DNA of 64,000 bases. It comes from Azolla caroliniana. Lineage: Eukaryota > Plantae > Polypodiophyta. Below, piece after piece: positions 49,309 to 61,540 of the stretch. The position numbers and the translations under genes are program-made. The stretch lies in assembly GCA_043228905.1 (NCBI GenBank), contig JBHGNT010000021.1:5022001-5086000 (forward strand), in the 5' to 3' direction. The notes under the pieces were generated by a model. It had not been told where the DNA came from and searched no databases. It worked only from the letters and a program-made list of their open reading frames with translations. Positions within the stretch are counted from its first letter, which is position 1; each line of letters opens with the position of its first letter.

Positions 49309-51992
49309 ATGAGGAGACCACAGGAGCTTTCATGTTTCTCTCCAAATCTTTCCAGTCATGGCATAAAGGACCATGAAAACAACAACAACAACAATATCAA
49401 CAGTAACCTTAATGTTACCAGCAACAACAACAATCTTGTCGATGGTTTGCCAGAGGAAGATCGAGCTGCACTTTTCCCCATCATCAAGCTTGCTTTTCCC
49501 TCCATGAGATGCTCAAAAATGGAGAGTAGTAACAAGAGCAAGAACAAGACCAACTATAACAACAACAACAATAATTCCATTAATAACATCAACAACAACA
49601 ACAACAACAACAATTCCATTAATAACATCAACACCTCTAACAATGCAGAAGGGGCATGGTGCGCAAAAAGTGATGGAATGAACGAGGTTGTCGAAGAAGA
49701 AGAAAAACCTCCTAATCTGAGGGACAATGGCAATGGAATCACTAGAGAAACTGTCCACGATGATGTAGATGATCACATCTTCAGCATTCCTTCAACCATG
49801 TCAATGTCAATGTATGGTTCCAGACATGGTCATACGAGCTTGCAATACAACTTCATCATCTCTACTCCTCCTCCTTGGAATGAACCATCAGAGAAGAGCG
49901 AGATGATCAAAGGCATTTGCACTGATCATTCTCTCTCAGAAGGTGGAATATTTTTGCAGGAAAGTGGCCATAACTTCAATCTTTTGATGCAAGAATCAAC
50001 CAAATCTGAAAATGACGCACCATCCAATGTCACGGATGATAAGCTCTCTCTCTCGCTTGCCTCGGTTCCGGACGATATTGATGGAGATAGTACACAAGTA
50101 AGCAAAAATAAATCTGTGTGCTGTAATTCCATGGCTACAAAAATTATTTTCTTTCTTCTCTAATGGTATTATACTTTGAATATATGTGTATATTTCCCTG
50201 CCTTTAGGTTTCGTGCTCTACAAAGAAGGGTGATGCCACACCATTGCAATGCCGAAGGTCCAATGGGAAGCAATGGCAATGCTCGAGAATTGCAACTCCA
50301 GGAATGGTGTATTGTGATTTGCATCAAAATTACAAACGAACATTGAAGCCAATCAAGGAGTCGGGAAAGAAGTCATCCTTGAGCCCTACTAAACAAGAAG
50401 TAAATGGTACCAGAGACAGAAAAATAATGTCCGAAAATATTGATGGCCCAATGAATGTCTCAGAAACCCATGGTATCATAGACTCGAAGAATCACGTCTT
50501 GGAAAAAGGTGGGTCAATTAAGAAACGAGAGCTCGATCGATCTCGATGTCATCGAAGTGATGGAAAATTGTGGCAATGTTCGAAGCTCGCTTTACCGAAT
50601 TCCATATATTGTGAGCATCACCATAAGAAGAGAAAAAAGAAGACAAAGAAAGACAGCAATAGTTCTTTAATAAGGAAGCTGTCTAACAATGGAGAATCTG
50701 AAGATGATGTCAACAATCAAGCTACAATGCATTCTGACCAAAATTTGCATAATTTGAATGAAATCAACTCTGGTTCTGTATTGTTGCAAGATGATACTAG
50801 AGATGCTAGAAAGGGGAAGCTATATGAGCAAGGTTTCGATGGAAAACAACATGGCCATGGATGTGTTGAGATGTCTAGTTGTGAAATGAAGTGCGAGAAG
50901 AATGGCATAAAAGATGGTGGATCGAGTAAAGAAGCATCATTGTTAGGCTCAAATCCAAATGTGTGGAATTCTGGGAGCATAGGAACTATTGTTAGCCCCT
51001 GCCAGTCAATGGAACGATGCCACCGAAAAGATGGTAAAAAGTGGCAATGCTCCAAGTATTGTAAGCCGGGGTTTAGCTATTGTGAACATCACCAAGGTAG
51101 GCTTAGGAAAAGCAAGGCTATATCAACCGGTGATTCGGGTGGTCCGCATGCTCGTGGCATCTGTCTACCTGAACCGAATGTCAAGCATGCAAATACAACT
51201 AGGAACACAAACACGAATACGAAAGCTTCTGGGCAGTGTGAAAGCAAAGAGAGTAAAGGACGACGTTCTTCTGATGAGCATCAACATAGCAAACATCGAG
51301 GTAATGATAAAACTAGGTGTATATCATTGAGAAAATGTGAAGAGAAAATGCGTGATTGTTCAGTAGCTGTCCAGCAATGTACCGAGGCTATAGAAAGCTC
51401 CACTGATACCATGAAGCAAACCCACACAGAAAGTACTACTACTCTGAGGCAGCACCCTGTCGGGACAATGCATTGTCCAAATATTCAAAATGGGGACATA
51501 TCAAATAGTGTTGAATCTCTCTTTCTGTGTAGAAATAAAGACCCGATAGCCCTCTATGGAATGCACATTCCATTGAGTAATGTGTATCCATCGGCATCTA
51601 CAGTATCAATGGTGGGGGATACCGGAAAAGGGGAGATTTTCAATTCCTACAAAGCCTTGTTAGGCAACGATGCATTTCCGGCAACAACAGTCCATAGCAT
51701 GATTCAACATCAAGGGGTTCATGAAGCATCATTATTAGTCAGTAGCAGTAGCAGTAGTAGTGCTAGTATTGGCAGCAGTGCATGTCCATATGATATTCAA
51801 ATGCAAGGAATGTATGCGGCTTATCCTCGTCCTCAACAAAGTCTCGGACCCTCCCATTCATCACAAAATGTATCCGACTATTGTATAATAGAGTCTGAAG
51901 CACTTGCATGCCCTCTCGTCTATCCTGCCAAACATGTTTCGGTGGATGTAGAGAATGGTTCCTTACAGAAAGATAGACCATGGTTTCACTAG
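49309..51992 (+). CDS. WRC zinc-finger protein with three WRC domains and Asn-rich N-terminus, 2 exons, ~857 aa
   Basis: Exon 49309-50097 (donor CAA|GTAAGC) joins phase 0 to exon 50208-51992 (CCTTTAG|GTT). Three C-x9-C-x10-C-x2-H motifs start at 50250, 50547 and 51018; basic NLS-like KKRKKKTKK. Confidence 0.85.
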
Positions 51993-54900
51993 TAATCAAG
52001 CCCTCTCAAAGACATTTCTATGTCTTGTCACTCGTTATTGGGCATTCCTTTTTGGCTTCTACAAACAATATGTAATACGTTATTTCTCGAATCATTATAT
52101 ACCTATTGGTTCCCATAAATCTTCACATAGTTTTTATGCATCGAAGGGACTGGAGGTCACTAGAAACAAAAAAAAACCTTTGTATGCCCAATGTTTGGAT
52201 GCATGTTGTGGCCATTGTTGGCACATGCTAAGAAAAACTTCAAATCCATTTGCATGGTCTGTGGAACTTGCGAAAGTTTGTAGCTTTGGTAACACGCACA
52301 CATGTGTGTATATCAATTTCAATGTGTCTATACAAGAGGTCAGTTTCGTGAAGGATTGATATAGTTGCACTATGGTTCCTTGTGATGGTGATATGGTAGT
52401 GTTATACATATGTTTGGTGCTAATAGGTACATATTGCAATTTATCATTTTGCAAGAGGATCAAAGTGGCAAGACTTAGAATTGGAGGAGTTTGCCTAGTT
52501 GTTAAGTTGTAGATCGGGAGTTCAACTCTCACCCATGATTTTTATTTTGAAGATGGAGGTAGCCACATTGATCGACAGGTATTGCGAAGAGGTATCCCTT
52601 CTAAACCCTTGTAATTTGGCATAGTCCACCATTGTATTCTTCCTCGTAAAATAGAGTTAATTTTTGGAACACGTCTTCTTGAGCAGTAGTCTGTTCATTC
52701 ATAGAGGAAATTCGAAGAAACAAATTGGTAAAAAGGGTTAACTTCCCTAGGTTATTCATTTTATCGTCAGATGTGCCGATTCTATGTGCCAATGTATCTA
52801 TATTTGCATATCCTCTCTTTGTTCTTTTACTTTTTTGTCATGATATTATCCTAGTATTCATGCACTTTGTCATCAATCCCAGAAAACTATGAGATCTTAT
52901 TATTGTAATAGCCAAATCATATGTGAAACTTATATTCAAATCTTCCAAACCTTACCATTGCCTCGTTTCCTACACCACACCACATTCTTTTCCTAGAGTA
53001 AATTCCATATCAATTTATTAATTAAGTCAATAGTGGTCTAGTCAATACCTCACATGGGCCATTGTTGGAATTAGACTTTCGTCCACATTGGCACTAGTCC
53101 TTATTTTCTCTGCACTTCAATTAAGAACCATCCACTATAGATTTTATTCAATCCAATCCCTTGGACATACATGTGCTTATAATAACACATATGTGCTAAG
53201 ATGATAGAGGTTTATGTCTAAAAGACGCTGAATTTAATGTGTAGAAGGCAATCTTAATCATCCTCTTGTATGCACATTACATTGCTTGTTGAAGATTGTT
53301 TAATTATGATGTTGACTTCAATTATTTATTATTATTATGATCAATGCCACACGCACAAGATCACAATGTTGATTGTCTATATTATTTAAAATAGTGTTTG
53401 CTTTGATGCTCCTCAAACCCTCAACCATTATTTCATGTGCAACATTACAATGTAGCTTGATGCTGCGGTGGTTCTTTGAACTAACAATGAACATTTAAAG
53501 CCATGGTGGATTTGACGAAGTGATCCCATGGTGGTGTTATGTATATAGTTAACATCACATATCTCCATTTGTACGTAGGTGACATATTATGTGTTCTAAG
53601 GATGTTTAAAAATTAACATGTAATGAGTCCATGAACCTCTCACTTCATAGTTCAATAATTAATGATTTCAAAAGTTCTGTCCACTATCTATCTTCTATTT
53701 TATGTTAACAAAAATCCATGAAACCATGTTAGATCATTCTCATTAAATTAACCTTTATGTAATCCTCAATGTTCTTCCACTATTGCAGAGCTATGAATAA
53801 ATATATAATTAGTTCCATTGTACATGTTTAAGCATAATTTTAGGCCTTTCTCATATTCTTCTTTTGAGACATGGCGTTATATTATTTGTACAAAATACTT
53901 TGAGAACATCGAGTGTGATTACATATATCATATTTCATGAATTAGTAGTGACTAAATATTTCATCATTCGACTGTTCTATTTTTTTTATGAAGATCAACA
54001 ATGAAAACCCTCAAGTTCTTGAAAAGAACCAGAGTTTTTGTTGCCTTTATACCGAATATTCTGTACATAGTATAAACAAAAGGATAGTTCCCATTTTCTA
54101 TCATATTGTTGTAGCTAAACCCATTTTCAAATATGCTGTTAACACCAATGTTTTTTATGAAAGAATGTAAGCGAATTATGTAAAAAATTTAGTTTGTATT
54201 GTTCTTTGTTATGTACTTAACAATCCTTAATAAGACCCAACCCACTCAATGTCATATAAACTTAAAACACTACTAGACTCATAAAAATGATGAATGGGTT
54301 CCAAAACATCATTGTTAATACTTTTATTGATAATTCATTGGAATTGAAAGGATGAACAAAGGTGTAAAATAAATCAATTGGTGCCAATGTTTCATGATTT
54401 GGTGTGTGTGTTGTGTGTGGGCTATACATGTAGAGCATGCATGAATAGGCCATAGATGTAGTCTCCAAAATGCATATTTTAAAATAGAATTCTCTAACTA
54501 GATTACAAATCAATATTACTTGCCATTGCTTCAATACATTGGAATATTTGTTATCGGTTTAATACATCACAACATGTTATTTGAAACTCGAATTGGACTA
54601 GTCAATAGTACATTTGCCAAAAAACTACGCAATAATCAACATTCGTTTGAGGGCATTTGAGCATCTTTATCCCATACACGAGTAATATTTTGTTTCTACT
54701 TATACAAATGTTTTGTATGGGTGTTCACATTGTTCTTACGAGCAAATCCCCCCCCTCCCCCTCCTAGATTAACATAACATTTTGTAGGAAGAGCCTCGTA
54801 AGTTCGAACCATCACCAACTTTCTTCCACTCAAGACTTGTGAAAAGGTTGTGGTTCATGCGTTTGAATTAAATTTTATTATTAAACACTTTATCTTGGCA

Positions 54901-55796
54901 TGTCTATAATTATGAATATAATTTTGAAGCACAAACTTGCCCTTGGAGACATTTTCGGCATCTATTATACATGTATGCATACATATGTTTATCTATATGT
55001 GTCAAGTTTGAATTATGTTAACATTTGAGAAATTAGATGCATAGAAAGTGGTTTGCATGAAACTTCTGTTTACATTTCCCTTTCCTAGCAACCAATATCC
55101 AAGAACCGTTTATATCTAGTTATGCCCATGCATGGGACTACTGCCTTTAAACTAATTACTATCTTAAGAGACATCACACATACATGAAAGACATATAATT
55201 GAAAAGAACAAAGTTTAAGCATGACAACCCTTTCACCCCCTTGACACATGATATATATTGCGTTAAGCTTGCACCCATGAGTGTTTGTATTGTGGATGCA
55301 ATCAAAGGGAACGATAATAGTGTGTTAGACCAAAACGCGACTACTACGTCACAGAGTGCACACCTTGCTTTGCTATCTACATCTCTCTCAATATATCGTA
55401 ATAATACCTAAAGATTGGGAAAGTCTCGTCACATCCATGGTATGATTCAATAGTTAAAGCTCCCATATTTGAGAAGATGAAGAATGCCTATAATGAAAAA
55501 TATGGAGCAAGGAAAGTTTTTCTTATATTTATATCCTTCAAAATACACGTTTAGTTAGGTTTGCCATTTAGGGTAAAAATGAACAAATTGGCTTGTTTCA
55601 TATGTAATCATCCCATAACGCTTGGAATAAACCTCATCATTGTTTAACATTATCAGGAGAATTTGAGGATTGTTGAACATGCTCAACTCTAAGCACTACA
55701 TTGTGCCTCACCATATGGCAAAAACTAAAATATAATCAATATCATTACTATATAATAATATGACATAACCAAGAAAGTGTTAGTAGTGCCAATTAT

Positions 55797-56054
55797 TGTT
55801 GAGAAAATCGGAATGCAGGACCACACACGGAGAGACAAGGTATGAAACAAAAGAAAAAATAAACAAATGCATCGGAGTTTATCGTGGAAAACTCTAACGG
55901 GAAAAACCAGGAGAGCCCATAGGCTCCAGAACAACTTCACTATGAGTGGGTATACAAAAAGTTCTTCCCAGACACACAAGAGTTATTACAACACTATGAT
56001 CCGACCACAACCAAATGCTCAAAGTCTTCATCTATGCAAACAGATGACAACCAC

Positions 56055-56100
<46 letters not shown>

Positions 56101-56466
56101 CTTAGAGTCCTAGAGAATGCTTTCTACATTCTCTAACAACCACAATTGTTTAACTCTCCATGCTCTGTACCACCACGACCATCCCAATTGTTCAACTCTC
56201 ATCATCATTACAACAATAACTACTAATAACTACTTGCCCTACCTATATTTATACTCATATGACTATTTACAAATATAGCCTACAATAGGCACGTCTAGGC
56301 TATTTACAAATATAGCCCAATCAGATGAGTTCAATTCGGTTGAGTCAGACCGGGGATCGGATCAATCATTGTCTGATTCGGCCTTCATCCGATTTCAGCC
56401 TTTGGATGCCTTTTGGCCGATTCTGCTTCTCACATATCCCATCCGGAGGGACCTACTCTCCCAACA
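55797..56466 (-). mobile_element. Solo LTR related to the Copia at 2008-12465
   Basis: On - strand starts TGTTGGGAGAGTAGGTCCCTCCGGATGGGA (compare TGTTGGGAGACAGGTCCCTCCGGATGGGA) and ends TTCTCAACA; perfect TSD ATTAT at 55792-55796 and 56467-56471. Confidence 0.92.
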
Positions 56467-57439
56467 ATTATAAACAATCTACATCTATATTGATAGAAAT
56501 TCTTTCAATGGCATCCTAAAACTTTGTTGTATGTAATGTCAATTATATCATAGTGGTAAGAATATTGGAAACATGTTTTGGTGATAATATTCAACCTTTT
56601 TATTGACTCCTTTAACTTGTTAAAATATTCTCCATCCCATCTAACAAATAGTCGATATTGGTGTTCTTTGTGGTGCATATCATGGTTGGATTAGTGATTG
56701 GAGTAAAGTTGTAACATGGTAATCATAGGTGAACCTAAGCATGGAAGGAGTTTCGAAGTGAAATGCTAGCATACAACTTACTCCTATGCCATGCATGCAT
56801 GAGCCTTTGTACAAAAAATATTACAACTTTGCATTATGCTTCTAGACTTATCCTTAGTTTAAAAAACATTTGTGCTTTATTTATAAACATAGATTAGGAA
56901 ACTCTAATTTTATAGTATTTATTGTTTTATTTTGTTCTCACATTTTATGTTTGTTTTACCTTCATCAACTTCTTGATATTTTCCTAAAATATGGATGGAT
57001 TTTGGGCATGCAACCAAGTTGGTTGTTGGATGCACTTTAGGTGCCACACTTTGAGTGTTGAAAGTCAAGTTGACCTTAGATTACATAATATTATTTTTTG
57101 GGTTCTTAGATATATTTATATATTTCTCTAGATTGGATGTTGCCCTTGATATGAATGGCCAGAGAATCATAGATGTATTCTCTCGTCTAGGGAGATAAGG
57201 GATACGTAAACAATGTTAGCCACATTATTGCGGGCATTGTTCGATAGAGCACTGATACATTTATGATAATTGGGACCTTGCCTAATTGTTTATAATGTCT
57301 TGCTTGAAATTGACAGCAAAATCTTAAATTGATTGAATGTTTCCTTTGCTCATAATCCTATATTAATTCACCAAAAATTTGGTAACAACATCATATTCCC
57401 AGTATGGCTGCCTACATCATATTCTGGGGAGGATGTTAG

Positions 57440-58250
57440 GCCAATTTTGTTTTTTCAGTATTCCGTTCGATTGGGAAGGGAGATGATAAGACGTAGGGTA
57501 CCCCATTGGCCGACAACAACAACAAAATGGTTGACTTATAATGTGGATCCTACTCACATGACAACATTTTGGAAATGGCTATGGGCTATACAAATTCCAA
57601 ATAAGATTATTCTATTTAGATGGTTGATTGTTAATTATGTGGTTCCTGTTAGGGCTTGGATGTATTGTAAAGAAGTGGATAAGATGTGTGATTTTTGTGG
57701 TTTAGAAGTGGGGTCTCTTTATCACCTATTTTGGTCATGTATGGCTGCCAAATTGGTTTGGAAAAGATTTTTACGTCTCTTGCATGAGGTTTATGGCTCT
57801 AGAATATATAAATGGGGGGCAGTTACGTGGGCTAATATTAAGGGTGAGGTACAAGATTATGAAAAAGGAAATGTTAACTTTGCATTATATACAAGAGGTC
57901 GATATGTTGAGGAAGTGTCGCCATACATGCCTATTAATTCAGTCCAAAATGGCGTGGTTTGGGAGACAATTAGTTCAATAATTATATGGGTTTTGTGGAC
58001 TCGTAGATGTCGAAGGATATTTCAGCAAATTCAATGGAATGTTGTGGATGCAATCAAGGAGATTTGGATGACCTCAGTGCATACACTAAAAGGAGAATAT
58101 GATGCTATCAAAGGTGATCCAGATGTAGTCTTTCGAAAGCAAGAGGTTTTTAAGAAGAGATGGGAAAGGATGAAGGTATTTTGCATGGTTAATGGTGGTA
58201 TACGTTGGAGGTATCAGACACCACTCTGGGTATTTTCTCCACCAACATGA
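57440..58250 (+). mobile_element. 3' ORF2 fragment of a divergent LINE (LINE-E), zf-RVT plus C-terminal extension
   Basis: FFQYSVRLGR, IPNKIILFRW, CDFCG...HLFWSC, LWTRRC, LKGEYDAIKGDPD, WRYQTPLWVFSPP. Confidence 0.85.
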
Positions 58251-60337
58251 GGCATGTGTCAATGTATAACTATTATTTCTTATGCTTAGGGACAAACATA
58301 TGTCTATAGCAGTCTAAGAAGTAGTTGAAAGGGACTATGCGAAATTTTGTGACCTATATTTTTACTTTGAAGGCATGCATAAGCCTAAAAGCTATGAGAA
58401 GAGGGCAAGAAATCCATAATGAGATCATTGAAAGGGAGTTTGATTCGGAAAACATAACATTGTAGATGATGTGCCTTTTTTAAAACTAATGGAAGGATAT
58501 CTTGTTTAAAAACAAACAAACAAACATCATATTCCCATAAAAATTGTCTTTGAAATGCACATTGCAAGCATCTATTTGCATTACACTCTTTGACTGTCAA
58601 CTCAATTAGATGTTGACTTCGAGGCTAGGGCGACGATGGAAAGGGCAAAATATAGACCTGACGAGAGGTAGTATTCAGGAATAGTGAACTACATAGGTGT
58701 TTATGCGACATCCTTCCCATGAAATTGTTCATGTTGATAAGTTCAACTATACACAGTTCCATCTCATGTATATACTAAACTCTTTACTTTATGCATATGC
58801 CTTGACCCATAAAATAAAACCATAGATAGGTTCCATTGTCAATAATTCTGCCAACTCTACATACTACTTACTCGATATGTATTGTTACGGATAAGCCAAA
58901 GAGCACCTTTCAATAATACCAATTTTGGAATAAAATGTATCGATGACACAAAAAGTCCAAAGTACAAAAATCAAATCTTAGATTCGTGGCGCATAAGTTC
59001 AAGAGTACCATTGTCCGTTATCATCAAATAGAAGAGAACATTTGTAGTTTATGGTCATACCATCATACGTCATGACACTTTATAAAGAGAAGGACAAGCA
59101 TCTATGAACATGACGATAACGAAATTGACACGTTCGAAAAGGCACCATTGATAATAATGTAATATGTAAAGGGTTGTTCTTTTGGAGCCAAAAGTGGTAT
59201 GTTCAAAGTTATGGTGCAAAAAATCACATCAACAATTTGATATTTTTGTCTCAAACAACAACTTTCTCACAAAAGTTGAGGCATGGAAAATGAATAGGCT
59301 CCTTATCTTGTACTTATTTACTAATTGTCCGCCATTGCTAATTAATCCACAATCAAGGGAAGAATTGCTAGGAGATGCAATGTAGCATCACAAAATTGCA
59401 AAATCATACCCTATGTATGCAAAGCATATTGTCAAACGCATTTTTATTAGCACTATCAAGTAAAAGGGTGATGCTATTGTTGTCTTGGAAAAAGTCTTCA
59501 TACAAACATGAAGCCATATTTTTTAAGTCAAAAATGCAAGCATGTATGGTCACGACCTAAATTACAAAGAATTTTTATAACGAAGGAAACATATTGTCTG
59601 TAGTGTGAACCCACAACCTCCTTTTTGAGAAATAAGGTAACCGCCGAGAAACATTGAGTAGGCATGCCTAACATATTCTACCTAAAGATTGAGGCAATGT
59701 TTTCCCCCCCAAATTGTTCTTTAGTGGATAACATATCTAAACTCAATCGTTGAAGTCTTCTATATTTGTACTAACGTTTCATTTAAATACATATTTTCAT
59801 GGTAACTTATTTTCTTCGTATATTCAGCGGCTTGAGAGTGTCACTTACGGTCATAGTTATCCATGAGAATAAGTTCTAATCTCAAGAACATGTTGAGGTG
59901 TGAATCTCAAGAACATGAATAGACAAAGAAAATAATCACGTGCGTTCTAATTAATCTATTGATTTGCACATTTTGTCAAAGGACGATCATGGAACCACAA
60001 GATTAATGAGAATTGATAAAAATAATACTGTAAATAAATCATAAAAAATATGGTCTTGAACATTCATGAGTTGCTTGTGTCCTTCTTTAGTAGATATTTT
60101 TCCCTTCGCATTATGAACTCATATATGATGGAAGGCAACCGACTAACAATATCGAAACCATTGTTATCTAGATTGGTTGCAAGCCGATGGCATGAGGGCT
60201 TCAAAGATAGTGATCAATTGGTGCCATGATAAAGTCCTTAGGTGCACATTAAATGTATATGCATGTATTGCAATACACACACATTTGTTTAATAATATCT
60301 CACATCTCTCAGAGACACATGCATAGTAGTTTATGTG

Positions 60338-60596
60338 TAGGAATTGGCAACGGTTCGGTATTTCCAAACCTAAATCAAACTGGTTCCGAGGAACCGGCTT
60401 AGCCAAGCCGCTAAGCTTTAACTAGTGTGGAAACCGGTTTGGCTCAAATCAGTTCGGTACGGCTTGAGCTATCCCAAACCGAGCTCAAACTAGTTAAGGA
60501 AGCTAAAGCCTAAAATGAACTGAACCAATTGCCAAACCGTTTAAAAACGATTTAATGGTTCAGTTTAGGCTTGGGCCAAGCCGTTGATGATTCCTA
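60338..60596. mobile_element. hAT-like MITE, same family as 33835-34326
   Basis: TIRs TAGGAATTGGCAACGG versus TAGGAATCATCAACGG; AACCG-rich interior; degenerate flanks GTTTATGTG/GTTTATATC. Confidence 0.7.
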
Positions 60597-60763
60597 GTTT
60601 ATATCTATCACAAAACACACTTGTTCAACAATATCTCATCTCGCTCAAAGGCACAAACATATCATATTTCATCTCTCACAGTCACATACATACATAGACG
60701 CACATTTGTTCACCAATATGTCATATATGAGAGAGACACAAGCATAGTGGTACTGGTATTTCA

Positions 60764-60818
<55 letters not shown>

Positions 60819-60830
60819 GGTGTTCATGAA

Positions 60831-60942
60831 AAGAGACAAGGCTAACTTTATAAATTAAAAGAAGAGTGAGGGCTTCATTTGAATAAATCAAGAGTCAAGG
60901 CTAGCTTTATAAATTAAAAGAAGAGTGAGGGCTACATTTGAA
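60831..60942 (+). repeat. Tandem duplication (59-bp period) with TATA-like TTTATAAATT, upstream of TRM7
   Basis: AAGAG(A/T)CAAGGCTA(A/G)CTTTATAAATTAAAAGAAGAGTGAGGGCT(T/A)CATTTGAA occurs twice. Confidence 0.85.
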
Positions 60943-61045
60943 AAAACTTGATTTATTCATCTATATCTCACTCACTCACTAAATACTTCATCCTTCTCCT
61001 CCTTCCTCTGTTTCTTCCTTCTTCCCCCCTCTGTAGCAGACACGG

Positions 61046-61274
61046 ATGGGCAAATCCTCCAAAGACAAACGTGTAAATCTTCTTTCTCTCTTTCTCTTCT
61101 TGCAGGATTTTTGATTCTTCATCATTTTTAATTTGATTTTTATGCCTCTCTGCTCCCAAAATTAAAAACAGGACATTTACTACCGCAAAGCTAAAGAGGA
61201 AGGATGGAGGGCTCGCAGCGCTTTCAAACTTCTCCAGATTGATGAGCAATTCAACATATTCGAAGGTTAGGAAA

Positions 61275-61317
<43 letters not shown>

Positions 61318-61499
61318 ATATGGATGTAGCTCAGTTGTTAAGGTTGCCCAATGGAGACCAGGAGGTCATGGATTCAAACCCTACATTCCACAGTGGCATC
61401 TAGTGAATTAAAAGAGATATGTATGAAATATTTAATATTGGGTTTCGAACCCACGACATAGTGCTTGTAGTGTAACAACTTGCCACTAGGGTAAGGTAC

Positions 61500-61540
<41 letters not shown>

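Noticed and set aside
52455-52535. tRNA/SINE-like boxes (AGTGGCAAG...GAGTTCAACTCTC)
   Set aside because: Too degenerate; no stems, tail or TSD.
61320-61392. Functional tRNA gene
   Set aside because: Acceptor, D and anticodon stems pair poorly and G53 is missing; kept only as tRNA-derived sequence.
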